This document shows positions 53,395 through 64,000 of a stretch of 64,000 bases of DNA, one piece after another. Source of the DNA: Octopus vulgaris (Eukaryota). The notes beneath the pieces were generated by a model. It did not search any database, was not told the origin of the DNA, and saw nothing but the letters and a program-made list of their open reading frames with translations. The translations under genes were made by a program, and so were the position numbers. Within the stretch, counting starts at the first letter, position 1. The number at the start of each line of letters is the position of its first letter. Location: the NCBI GenBank assembly GCA_951406725.2, contig OX597817.1:76446001-76510000 (forward strand), given 5' to 3'.

Positions 53395-54241
53395 CCATCA
53401 TCATCGTCATCGTCATCATCATCATCCCCATCGTCGTCGTCAGCATCATCATCATCATTATCATTGTCGTCGTTGTTGCCGTCGTCATCATAATCACTGG
53501 CACTGTCGCCATCGTCACATTCGTCGTCGTCGTCGTCGTCGTCATCATCATGATCATCACTATCATCATCGTTACCTTGATCCTCAACGTCATCATCATC
53601 ATCACTACCATCATCGCTGTTATCATCATCACCATCATCATCGTGACAGTCACCATCATCACGATCCTGTTTTACATCGCCCTCATCACCTCCACTGTAA
53701 CACTGCCATTATCATCCCCCACCACTTCCATGCGCTACCACATCATCACTACCGCCACCATGAAAACCAGCATCACGACTTTTATTAGTTCCATTGCCCC
53801 CAAGACAATCAGCAACATCATGCACATGGTGATTCATTGTTACGTAACCACTAGCAACACCATCACCAACGCAATCGTTAAAAACTCCTCGTTTCACATG
53901 CGCCACTATCGACGGGACCATCAACACCAAACATTAACACCAGTATCAAGCAATATCTAGCCAAATCGTCACCATCCTCATCCTCATCATCATCATCATC
54001 ATCATTATTATCATCCTCATATCCTACACGACGACGACGACCACCATCACCACCACCACCAACATCATTATCACCATCATCGTCATCATTGTCATTATTA
54101 CAACCAATAACTTCTACCATCAAGTATAACAAACTGCCACCGCCACCGGTGCCACTCACCGTCACCGTCACCGTCTCTAACACCACACCAACATCACTAC
54201 CAACACAACCAGTACAGCCGCCATCATCATCATCATCATCA
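52995..54241. repeat. (ATC)n/(ACC)n/(GTC)n trinucleotide low-complexity region
   Basis: Directly visible. Confidence 0.9.
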
Positions 54242-54289
54242 ACCCAAATTGCTAGATTACTCATTTCACACTATCAAATTCCTTTCTCA

Positions 54290-54762
54290 AATTCCTTTCT
54301 CCCACGTTTTGAGTTCAAATAATAGCAGATAGAAGTCCTTAAATTAACTATCAGTAACACACTGAGATCAGTTCAAGGAACCATATACTTCCTCTCCCTC
54401 AAAAAAAAAAAAAGGAATAAATAAGAAGGAAAACCCCATCACCACCGTCACTTTCATAAACGCCACCAACCAAAAATATTGGTTTTGTTTTCAGTTGATT
54501 CCGTTGGCTTACCACACATTTTGTTTCAGTTCATTTCAAGAATATGTGCTTTTAACACCCACTTCCATCCTGTTGTTTTCTTTCTTTCTAGTTTCTGCAT
54601 ATTTATATAGACCATTTTTTTTTCCCGACAAGGCAGAGCGCCAAATTATATACTGAAAATAAGTGTATGGTTCCTTGAACTGATCTGTGTATGTTTACAA
54701 ATAGTTAATTTAAGGACTTTTTTCAGGTGTTATTTGAACCCATAACGTGGGAAAAAGAAATT
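54290..54762. repeat. Inverted repeat, ~100-bp diverged arms, ~270-bp spacer
   Basis: cccacgtt..ttcaaataa..aagtccttaaattaactat..agatcagttcaaggaaccata versus its reverse complement at 54661-54762. Confidence 0.85.
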
Positions 54763-55027
54763 CGATATTACAAAATGCATAATTCTTCGTTCTTTCGTAC
54801 TTGCCAATTAGTGATTCTATGAATATATACTGAATGATATCAACAAAGATTAATATGAATTGATTCTAATGAATATAAAACAGAAGAAAACGTCATTCTG
54901 CCCTCTAAATGTAGTTATGAAGTTTGATGTAAATAAACATATCACTTTTATTATTTGTCTGAGTGTTATACTTATAATAGTTTCGACCAATAGATCGAGA
55001 ATGATAATTGTTTTTCAAATAGGTTTA

Positions 55028-55790
55028 AAAGAGTAAAGACGGGATCTTTTCGGTTTGAACGGCAGTTTTTTCTAGCAGTGTCATATGAAATTGTCATCCA
55101 TAATTATGACCCTAGTATCGATCTATTGCATTTCAATCTGTTTTAGGGTTAGTTAGGGTTACTTAGAGTTACTTAGGGTTAGGGGTGGGAGGAAGGGTAT
55201 CTTTCTTTCTTCCCAAATGTAAATAAATCCAATCTGTTTCTTAAACGAGGGACATATTCATACGGCACAATGTTTTTTTACCTCAATAGACGACATTGAT
55301 TGGTTGAAATTGCAGAAATTGAAGTAAACAACAAAAAATATCTTACAAACTATAGAATTTTCTCAATAAAGCCAAGAGAAAAAGATGTTTTATAAACACA
55401 TTCTTCCAGTATACGAAGTTTAAAAGTGTTTAGTTACGTGGAAATTATCTTAAAAAACTGCCGTTCAAACCGAAAAGATCCTAAAGACGCCCTTCGGTCA
55501 CGAAGGAATTTGGGATTGTACCTATAAATTTCCCACGAAGGCAAAGACTAGCAGTCGCCCATGCATACCCAGTGTCCTCTCTCTACGCCACCAATGTTGT
55601 CCAAGGAAAAGGCCAATACAGCTTAGACTAGTGACATTGCATCTCATTTCTACAGCTGAGTGAACTGGAGCAACGTGAAAAGAAAGTGTTTGTTCAAGAA
55701 CACAACACACAGCACGGTTCGAGAATCGAAGTCGCAACCTCCCGATTGTAAACCCGACGCGCTAACCACTGAGCTGTGCATCTTCACATA
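55028..55790 (-). mobile_element. tRNA-derived SINE interrupted near its 3' tail by the MITE
   Basis: Head agctcagtggttagcgcg..cttcgattctc at 55720-55785; body continuous across the TSD. Confidence 0.75.
55042..55481. mobile_element. MITE with ~29-bp perfect TIRs and an 8-bp TSD; contains TTAGGG-like repeats
   Basis: TIRs ggatcttttcggtttgaacggcagttttt / aaaaactgccgttcaaaccgaaaagatcc; TSD taaagacg at 55034-55041 and 55482-55489. Confidence 0.95.
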
Positions 55791-55974
55791 TGTAATATAT
55801 AGGTATCGCTGTAGGATCTGAATTTACAGTGGAGAGTTAGTCGATTACATTGATCCCAGTATTTGACTGGTACTTTATTTTATCACTCCCTGGAGGATGA
55901 AATGTGAAGTGGACCTCGGCGTGATTTGAACTCAGAACTTAAAGGGTCAAAAGAAATATTTCTTGTCTATAATA

Positions 55975-56570
55975 ATCCTTTCTATTGGAAGCACAAGGCC
56001 TCAAATTTGGGGGAAGGGGTTAAGTCGATTACATCGACCCCCCAGGGTGTCAGTGGTACTTAATTTATCGATCCCGATAGGATTAAAGGCAAAGTCAACC
56101 TCGGAGGAATTTGAACTCAGAACGTAGCGACGGACGAAATACATACCTATTTCTTTATTACCTACAAGGGGCTAAACATAGAGAGGACAAACAAGGACAG
56201 ACAAATGTATTAAGTCAATTACATCGACCCCAGTGCGTAACTGGTACTTAATTTATCGACCCCGAAAGGATGAAAGGCAAAGTCGACTTCGGCGGAATTT
56301 GAAGTCAGAACGTAGCAGCAGACGAAATACCTATTTCTATTTCTTTACTACCCACAAGGGGCTAAACACAGAGGGGACAAACAAGGACAGACAAACGGAT
56401 TCAGTCGATTATATCGACCCCAGTGCGTAACTGACACTTATGTAATCGACTCCGAAAGGATGAAAGGCAAAGTCGACCTCGGTGGAATTTGAACTCAGAA
56501 CGTAGAGACAAATGAAATACTGCTAAGCATTTCGCCCGGTGTGCTAACGTTTCTGCCAACTCGCCGCCTT
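55975..56570 (-). mobile_element. SINE with a ~190-bp internal unit repeated three times
   Basis: agtcgattacatcgacccc..gtactta..gaaaggcaaagtc..gaatttgaactcagaacgtag at ~56022, 56212 and 56402; a single head at 56520-56569. Confidence 0.9.
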
Positions 56571-57609
56571 TTTCTTCTCTATAATAATGGTTAATAATTT
56601 AGGTATAAAGTTATTAATTTTTAAGAAAGAGGTAATTCAATACCATCAACCCCAGTACCAGACTGGTACTTTATTTCATCGACCCCGGAACAATGAATGG
56701 CGATCTTTAAAAAATGCTTAGCCACACTTCATCCACTTTTGCATTGTGGGTTCAAATTCCATCGAGATCGACTTACCCTTCATCCCTTCGAGATTGATAA
56801 ACTAAGTACCACTTGAACACTGAGGTGCATGTAATCGACTTACCCCCTCCCCTCAAAATTTTGGCCTTGTGTCAAAATAGAATGAATTTTTCCTCTTATT
56901 GTTATTTAATCTAAAATTCTTTGACGTATTTTTGATGTTGGATTTGTTCTGTGGGATTTCTTCATTGTTTTGTTTATTTTGTATTTTTTCCAACATAATT
57001 TAAATTCATTGAGTTTTCTTTTAATGCTTAGAAATCGAAAGAGAACTGTTACACATCATTTTTCATTTAAGCAACAATATTTTTATTCATTATTTATTAT
57101 TTATTATTTATTATATATTATTTGTTTCTGCGTTAGTGTTAGTAACATTGTTTCTTCAGTATAGCCGCTAAACAGCCGTTTACAATGCTGATAGTGGTGG
57201 GAAATATTTCTTAAGACGGTGATGGTTGTCTTGTTTCTTCATTGGCAGAAGAAAAGTAAAGACAAATACCCAAAAAAAAACAAAAAAACAACAACAACAA
57301 CAAAAAGAACCAATGCATCAGCAGCGAAGTGGAAGAGGAGTTACAGCGTCAGGCAGAACACTTGGACGTGTTTGTTCTGACTCGTTAGTTTCTGAGTTCA
57401 CTTCCCGGCGAGGTCATCTTTGCTTTTAATACATTCGAGGATCTATAAAATAGCATCAATCCAAAACGGTGAATTAGTGGAAAAGTAGGAACATCTGACC
57501 GGATGCCCTGTGGTATGTTCTGAGTTCAAATTTATTCCGTTGCCAGGATACAGCTTAGTTTTTCGATTTGGGAATACCCGCTTCCTCTCTCCTATTAGGC
57601 TAAAATATA

Positions 57610-57818
57610 CAAGGGGATACTGAAACGTTCCTGATTTTAAGAGTAGCGCAAAAGGCCTGATTCGAGGCCAAACCTTCCGAGTTCTTTTGCAGGGATTAGA
57701 AAATTGAAGGACCGCTGCAGTAAGTGTGTGAGTCTGAGAGAGGAATATGTTGAATAAAAACCTTAATTAACTGATCTTCCAGTATTTTCTTTTACTCCTA
57801 GTCAGGAACTTTTCGGCA
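57610..57818 (+). mobile_element. Miniature mariner derivative; right TIR truncated where a SINE begins
   Basis: TA-caaggggatactgaaacgttcctga ... tcaggaacttttcggcat; retains the transposase C-terminus QGLE.LKDRCSKCVSL...EYVE*. Confidence 0.75.
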
Positions 57819-57820
57819 TA

Positions 57821-58216
57821 GGCGCAGGAGTGGCTGTGTAGTAAGTAGCTTGCTTACCAACCCATGGTTCAGGGTTCAGTCCCACTGCGTGGCACCTTGG
57901 GCAAGTATCTTCTACTATAGCCTCTGGCCGACCAAAGCCTTGTGAATGGATTTGGTAGACGGAAACTGAAAGAAGCCCGTCGTATATATGTATATATATA
58001 TATGTGTGTGTATGTGTGTGTGTTTGTGTGTCTGTGTGTCCCCCCAACCGATGCTGGTGTGTTTACGTCCCCGTAACTTATCGGTTCGGCAAAAGAGACC
58101 GATAGAATAAGTACTAGGCTTACAAAGAATAAGTCCTGGGGTCGATTTGCTCGTCTAAAGGCGGTACTCCAGCATGGCTACAGTCAAATGACTGAAGCAA
58201 GTGAAAAAGTAAAGAG
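57821..58216 (+). mobile_element. Full-length tRNA-derived SINE (octopus OR/OK-type, tentative)
   Basis: A box tggctgtgtagt, B box gggttcagtcc, CORE-like ccttgggcaagt, internal (TG)n, tail ccagcatggctacagtcaaatgactgaa. Confidence 0.9.
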
Positions 58217-60172
58217 TATCTCCTCGTAAAAACCAAAATGATAAAATAACGGGACAAAAATCAGTAAAATTAAGTGTCGGCAATCCTTTCTGCCATAGAT
58301 ACAAGGCCTGCAACTTGTATTTATTTTTATCGACCCTGGATAGATGCAAGGCAGAGTCAACCACTGCTGGATTTGAACCCAGATAAGGAAAGATGGACGA
58401 AATGCCGCTAAGCGGTTTATTTGGCGTGTTAATGAGACTGTCAGCTCACTGCCTTATAACAGTGTAAATAATTGTTTCAAATTTTTGGAACAGGGTCAGC
58501 AGTTTTTTTGAGGGAAGTGGGTAGTCAATCACATCGACCCCAGTACTTTGCTGGTTATTATTTTATCAATCAAAAGCAAAGTTGTCTGCGGCAGAATTTA
58601 ATCTCAGAACGTAAAGACGGGTGAAATACTGCTAAGCATTTTGACAGCCTGCGAATGAGTCTGCCTGCTTACCGCTTTCAAAATAGCGTAAATAATACAA
58701 ACAATATCAAGCAGGCCCCCATACATCAGCCCTAGTGCTCAACTGGTACTTATTTTATCGACCCCAAGACGTTGAAAGGTAAAATCGACTTCCGCTGAAT
58801 ATCAACTCACAACTTGAAGAGCCGGAAGAAATGCCGCTAAGCATTTTGTCCGACTAGCTAACAATTCTGCCGGCTATCCACCTTTAAGAGAAATGCTGGT
58901 CCCAGTGGGAGATATTCATGATTAACCATTATGATAAATCATTATGATTTGTCATAAATAGGGCGGCGAGCTGGCAGAATTGCTAGGGTGTTAAAAAACG
59001 AAAAACCTGCTATATTTTTTCCCGGTTCTCTATGCTCTGGATTCAAACGCGCTGAGGTCAAGTTTGTTTTTCCCTACCAAGTATTGGGATCAACAGTATC
59101 GATCAAGTCCTCCCCTCAAAACTGCAGCCCTTAATCAGAAATCAAACCATTATGATTTATCTAAAAGATAAACCAGGATTTTCCTGAAAACATTAAATAT
59201 TTCTCCTCCTCATAAACATAACAACAACGTAATTTCATTGCTGAAATTCCTGATGAATCAATTTTTGTGATTATTGTTTAATTTAGGAAAAGTTTGTTCA
59301 GCTGTCTAATGAGGCAAAGCATTGTCGATGACAAGACACGAACCAATACAGTTGCATTTTAACATCTTTAACCATTGTCACTTTGCATCGTAGACGATTC
59401 ATGTTGGACACATTTTAAAGTTTTCTTTGGTTTTGTTACGCAAAACAGGTGTGAAAGTAACCATATTCTCCTGGTTTCATTATTCCATTTTCCTTAATAA
59501 CAGCAACGTTATTTGTAAATTTGTTGTGATGAAGTCGTAGACTCTGTTCATGAAATTGTTTTTGTGTTTTTCAAAATGCCAGCAGCTGTTACATTCTCAT
59601 ACACTTCCAAATATCAAGTGCTCGAACATTTTCGAAAATATTAAAATTTAAAGAATTATTATCAATAAATAAACGAAATAAATGAATGAAAGGTATTTTA
59701 AAAATGAAAATAGAAAGATAGAGAGAATGGAATTTCTTCTTTTCTTTCTAGAAAAAAATGAAGTGGAGTAATAGGAAATCTAATCTATATAATTTCATCA
59801 AATTAGCATCCTGGGTAGTCCTGTTGTTGCAGTTACGTACAAAGGAAAACTCTTTGAATGCTCAACTTTCTCTAGATATAGCAGCCAAAATCTTCCTCAG
59901 ACCACACTCTACTATCATCGGAAAGAAAGGGTATGCTGGATAATGTAGGCCGAAATGCACTACGACCATGACTTGATATGACTTGATAGCGTGCGCCATG
60001 TATTATGGATCCACCAATATATTTTCGGTGCCTATGTAGTCGCGAACAGACAAAAGGTGATTATCGGTCCTCTCACCTTTCACCAAGTGAAACATCAAGG
60101 ATTTGACAACTTGTGAACAAGAGAGCGGTAATTTTAGTCGAGTGGACTGGAGTAGTGTGCAATGAAATGTCT

Positions 60173-60424
60173 TGTCGCTTAACCCAAGTTAGCCCTCACC
60201 GGACGAACCTATTATCAATGACATTATAAACATATTGTGCAGGCACGTAGTCGCGTGTTTAGTGTATTTTGCTGAGTATCATAAGGTTTTGGGTTAGATT
60301 CCTAGACCAGGCAGTACATTGTCTTTGAAATACACGAAACACGCGGCTACGTGCCTGCACAATGTGATTATAATGTCACTGATAATAGGTTCGTCCGGTG
60401 AGGGCTAACTTGGGTTAAGCAACA
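60173..60424. repeat. Near-perfect inverted duplication, ~97-bp arms, ~58-bp spacer
   Basis: gcttaacccaagttagccctcaccggacgaacctattatca..gtgcaggcacgtag.cgcgtgttt.gtgtattt mirrored at 60328-60424. Confidence 0.95.
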
Positions 60425-60532
60425 GCAGAACTAATATGACTTCAACGAGTCACTAAAATCAATCAGACTTGATCTTGTCAAAATGTATAAAGTTTATACT
60501 CAAACACATAGATACAAATCCAACATGTAATA

Positions 60533-61001
60533 CAGTACCAGACCTCTTATCAGGCTTTCAGAAATCGGGAATTTCCAGAAATCCAGGAATACTATGTGCT
60601 GCCTTGTAATATATGTACTGTTCCTTATATTGACGAAGCAGACCCTATTTTTGTTGTTTAATTTGCATTAAGCGTATATATATAAATTGAACATGGTCTG
60701 CTTTAGAATTGAATTAATTTGTATCTGTATTTGTGAAATAAAATAATGCTCTTTACTTTATTTACTTAATTTAATTTTCATCTTGAAATATTTTAAGAAT
60801 TTCAAGTGGATTAATAAATATCAAACACACCCTTCTTTAGAATTGTATAAATTTGGATCACTTAAATATAATTCAACTCTGCACTTCTCATAGTTTATTT
60901 TATATTTTAAGTACATATTTGGACTGTCTTTAGAAAACCGAAATTTCCAGAAATCCGGAACATCTCCGTTCCAAGATTGCCGGATAATTGGTCCGGTACT
61001 G
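60533..61001. mobile_element. Tigger/pogo-type MITE
   Basis: TA-cagtaccagacctcttatcaggc ... gccggataattggtccggtactg-TA; subterminal aatttccagaaatcc repeats near both ends. Confidence 0.8.
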
Positions 61002-61019
61002 TATATTCATACATTTTTA

Positions 61020-61480
61020 TAGCCAATACGTAAAATAGACTTCGCGTTGGTTTGACGACCAAGTTGTGAGTGGAGTAGTCATGAGTGTAGGAGCGGCATT
61101 AATTGAGCATCGTGACAAGTAGGTTATTGTTGTATAGATGGAAAAGACTGGAGGGAAAAACCGAAACCTGGTACATGTCTGATTTAATACGATGATGGAT
61201 AGAAAGAGTTCCGTTAATGCATGAAGCGATAGTGTAATCTGAGAGGCAGCCACGGTTCCAAGAAATGAGAGATAGGCAAAGCCCACAAGTGAGAAGATTT
61301 GAAAGGAGATTCTCGTGCCAGATGCAAGCGAAAGCTTTGCTAACGCCGAAGGCAATAACATAGCTTTTAACAACATTTTTAATGTAAGACCCCCAATTGG
61401 TTAGTGACGGAGAAGATTAGGTAACTAGTAGATCTGATGATGATTTTAGGTACTCGGAGTTGAGAAAGACGGTTCTGCAA
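61020..61480 (-). mobile_element. Possible highly decayed LINE 3' fragment
   Basis: TRFRFFPPVFSIY weakly resembles the FF.R...WN motif of CR1/L2/Jockey ORF2 ends. Confidence 0.3.
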
Positions 61481-61748
61481 TAACTTGCTGAGTGACCTGT
61501 ATTAATGACTTTGCTTATGGAGATCAATGTATGCGCCGTGCATTAGCTCACTCCCTCCATCAGATCAACGTTGCTTGAACAGGTGCACGATGTACCACAC
61601 GTCGGGTGTCGAACTGATCACAGAGCAACGTAAGATGAAGTGTTTTGCTCCAAGAACACATCACACCACCCGGTCCAAGTGGTTTTATGATGTAATCTAC
61701 GGATACATAAAAAACTTCTACTATCATAAGTTTACACATTTGCGTGCG

Positions 61749-61779
<31 letters not shown>

Positions 61780-61781
<2 letters not shown>

Positions 61782-62054
61782 TCGTTTTGGGATCACCACT
61801 ACTTTATTATCTCCCCTTCTTCCTAGCTCTCCTGTATGACCCTTCTGTCCGGCATTCGCCATGATAGATCGCTAGCCACTACGCATTCTTTATTTTCTGT
61901 CCTTGTTTCTTTCTCTGTGTTCCTTTCTGTGGAATAGCGTAAGCTCGAAACGTTAAAGACGTTTTCACTTCCCGAGCGTTAAACTAATGCATTTGTTTGT
62001 TGTCTACACCACCTGTCTTCGTCTTTTGTTTCTTTTTTTCTGTGAATTCTCCCT
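61780..62054 (+). mobile_element. Short hammerhead-bearing element between TA-rich tracts (family of 38110-38277)
   Basis: Shares gatagatcg.tagccactac, tgtgttcctttctgtggaa and ttcc.gagcgtta.actaat. Confidence 0.75.
61923..61958 (+). ncRNA. Minimal hammerhead-like motif, variant core CUGUGGA
   Basis: cttt-CTGTGGA-a-tagc-gtaa-gctc-GAAA-cg-TT-aaag; palindromic stem III (AACGTT). Confidence 0.6.
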
Positions 62055-62362
62055 ATGTATGTATATATGATTGTATATATATGTATTTATATATATATAT
62101 ATTTCTTTATTGCCCACAGAGGGCTAAACGCAGAAGACAAACAACAGGATCAAGTCGATTACATCGACCCCAGTGCGTAACTGGTACTTATTTAATCGAC
62201 ACCGAAAGGATGAAAGCAAAGTCGATCTCGGTGGAAATTGAACTCAGAACGTAACGGCAGACGAAATACCGCTAAGCATTTCGCCCGACACAGACTCACA
62301 TGCCTGCTGACATGTGCCCTCGTGTGTATGTGTGTGTGTGTGTGTTTGTCTGTGTGTGTGTG

Positions 62363-62406
<44 letters not shown>

Positions 62407-62892
62407 CGCACATGAACACAGATGATAATGGTCGTAGCTCCTATGGACGAAATATTTAATCTCAGAGTGCACAAAGATGCAACACTTTGTCGAAGCTATG
62501 CCTTTACATTTATATGAAGTGAACAAGCTGCAAGAAGGGACTTCCAATATAGGACATAAAAATCTGGACCCGTCTGATAAAAAAAAAATGTACCCCACCA
62601 TGGCTGACCTCGTTTTAAACATCAATAAACACTTTAAAATACATTTTTATTTTCTTCACAAATCTGTAGAACATATTTTCATCTCTTTTTCGTTTTCCTT
62701 CTGTTCATTCATTGATTCATTGATTCATTCTTTCATTTTGTTCTTGCTTCTTGCTTTCATTCTCTTTTTCTTCTTCTTCATATTTCTGTTCTTACATATA
62801 TTTTTCTTTCTCTTTCATATACTTCCCATCTTGTTCTCTTTCTTTCTTTCATTTTATTGATTCCTTTTTCCATTTTCCTTTCTATCTTCCCT

Positions 62893-62963
<71 letters not shown>

Positions 62964-63156
62964 CTCTCTGTCTCTGTCTGTCTGTCTGTCTGTCTGATCT
63001 CTCTCTCTCTCTTTCCTTCTATATCACCTCTCTTTATCTATATATCTTTCTTTTCCCTCTCTTCTCACTGTCAATCCGTTATTGTTTCTCTCTCCCTGTT
63101 TGTCTGTTTCTCTGTCTGTCTGTTTGTCTGTTTCTCTGTCTGTCTGTCTGTCTCTC

Positions 63157-63191
<35 letters not shown>

Positions 63192-64000
63192 CCACTTCTT
63201 TCTCTTTTCCTTCTGTTCCCTGTCTTACTACTTCACTATCTCACCGTTTTACTTCCCTAACTATTTGCTTACCTAACTGACTTGACGCCAAGGTAAACAA
63301 AGACTAACCAAACCGATAACGGCTCCTCAGTCTCTACCCCCCCCCCACCTCACGCACCTTAACACATAATCACCACCAACTCCAGAACAATCGCTGCAAC
63401 CGCCGCTACCGCCGCCGCCGTCACCATCACCACCAACAGCAACAACAACGACAACCGCAGCAGCAACAGCAGCAGTAGGAACAACAACAACAACAACAAC
63501 AACAATAGCAACAACAACAACTCTAAGAACAATCACACTAGAAATGTTAGTCTAATCTTTGTGAAATCACACCCAACTACTTTAAAAAATAAAGGATGTA
63601 TCGTGTATCTGCAAGATTTAGTCTTAGAAGATAAAAGAAAATGGAATGGTCACAGTTGGAATGCCTCCTGTTCATAACTGCTCTTTTAGGGCTAATCAAC
63701 AGAGCAAAATTTTATGACACCGCTACCACCACCACGACTACTACCACCTACCACTTACTACTAACACCGACACCACCATTATCAGCATCAAACCAAAAGA
63801 CCACCACCAACAATTCCACCACCAGCATCACCCGTCCTCACCACAAGCACTACAATGGGAACCGCTATCACTACCACTTCTACTACAGCCGCTACCAATA
63901 TTAAATCCATTATCAAAGCCATCACTACCAACAACACCACCATCAAGAACACTAACACCACCACCTCTATTAATGCCAAGACCGCCACCACATCAAGAAG

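Noticed and set aside
52839-54322. Poly-S/I/M/D ORFs
   Set aside because: Trinucleotide low-complexity sequence with no splice or domain support.
55143-55185. True telomere or chromosome-fusion scar
   Set aside because: Only a few degenerate units, inside a MITE with intact TIRs and TSD.
59290-59590. Tc1/IS630-like transposase remnant (minus strand CLVIDNALPH)
   Set aside because: Single short motif, with no TIRs or further alignable blocks seen.

Overview
AT-rich eukaryotic intergenic or intronic DNA, dense in microsatellites and transposons. The tRNA-derived SINEs, (AAT)n/(TA)n tracts and LINE types suggest a cephalopod (Octopus-like) genome; this is an inference. No host gene is confidently supported, and almost all tracked ORFs are microsatellite artefacts. 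Recognisable content: (1) three Penelope-like element (PLE) fragments; (2) a nest of decayed R4/Dong-type LINEs in an (AAT)n tract; (3) RTE, CR1 and possible L1/Tx1 fragments; (4) internally deleted mariners, Tigger/pogo remnants and non-autonomous Helitrons; (5) an 8-bp-TSD MITE carrying TTAGGG repeats; (6) many SINEs. The main unexplained signal is about a dozen minimal type I hammerhead-ribozyme motifs, intact to decayed, most with a palindromic stem III. They lie in PLE 3' ends and in short non-coding elements ending at (TA)n tracts. Two of these elements are ~450-nt monomers with terminal redundancy, resembling retrozymes or PLE pseudo-LTR units. All coordinates were read by eye and may be off by a few bases.
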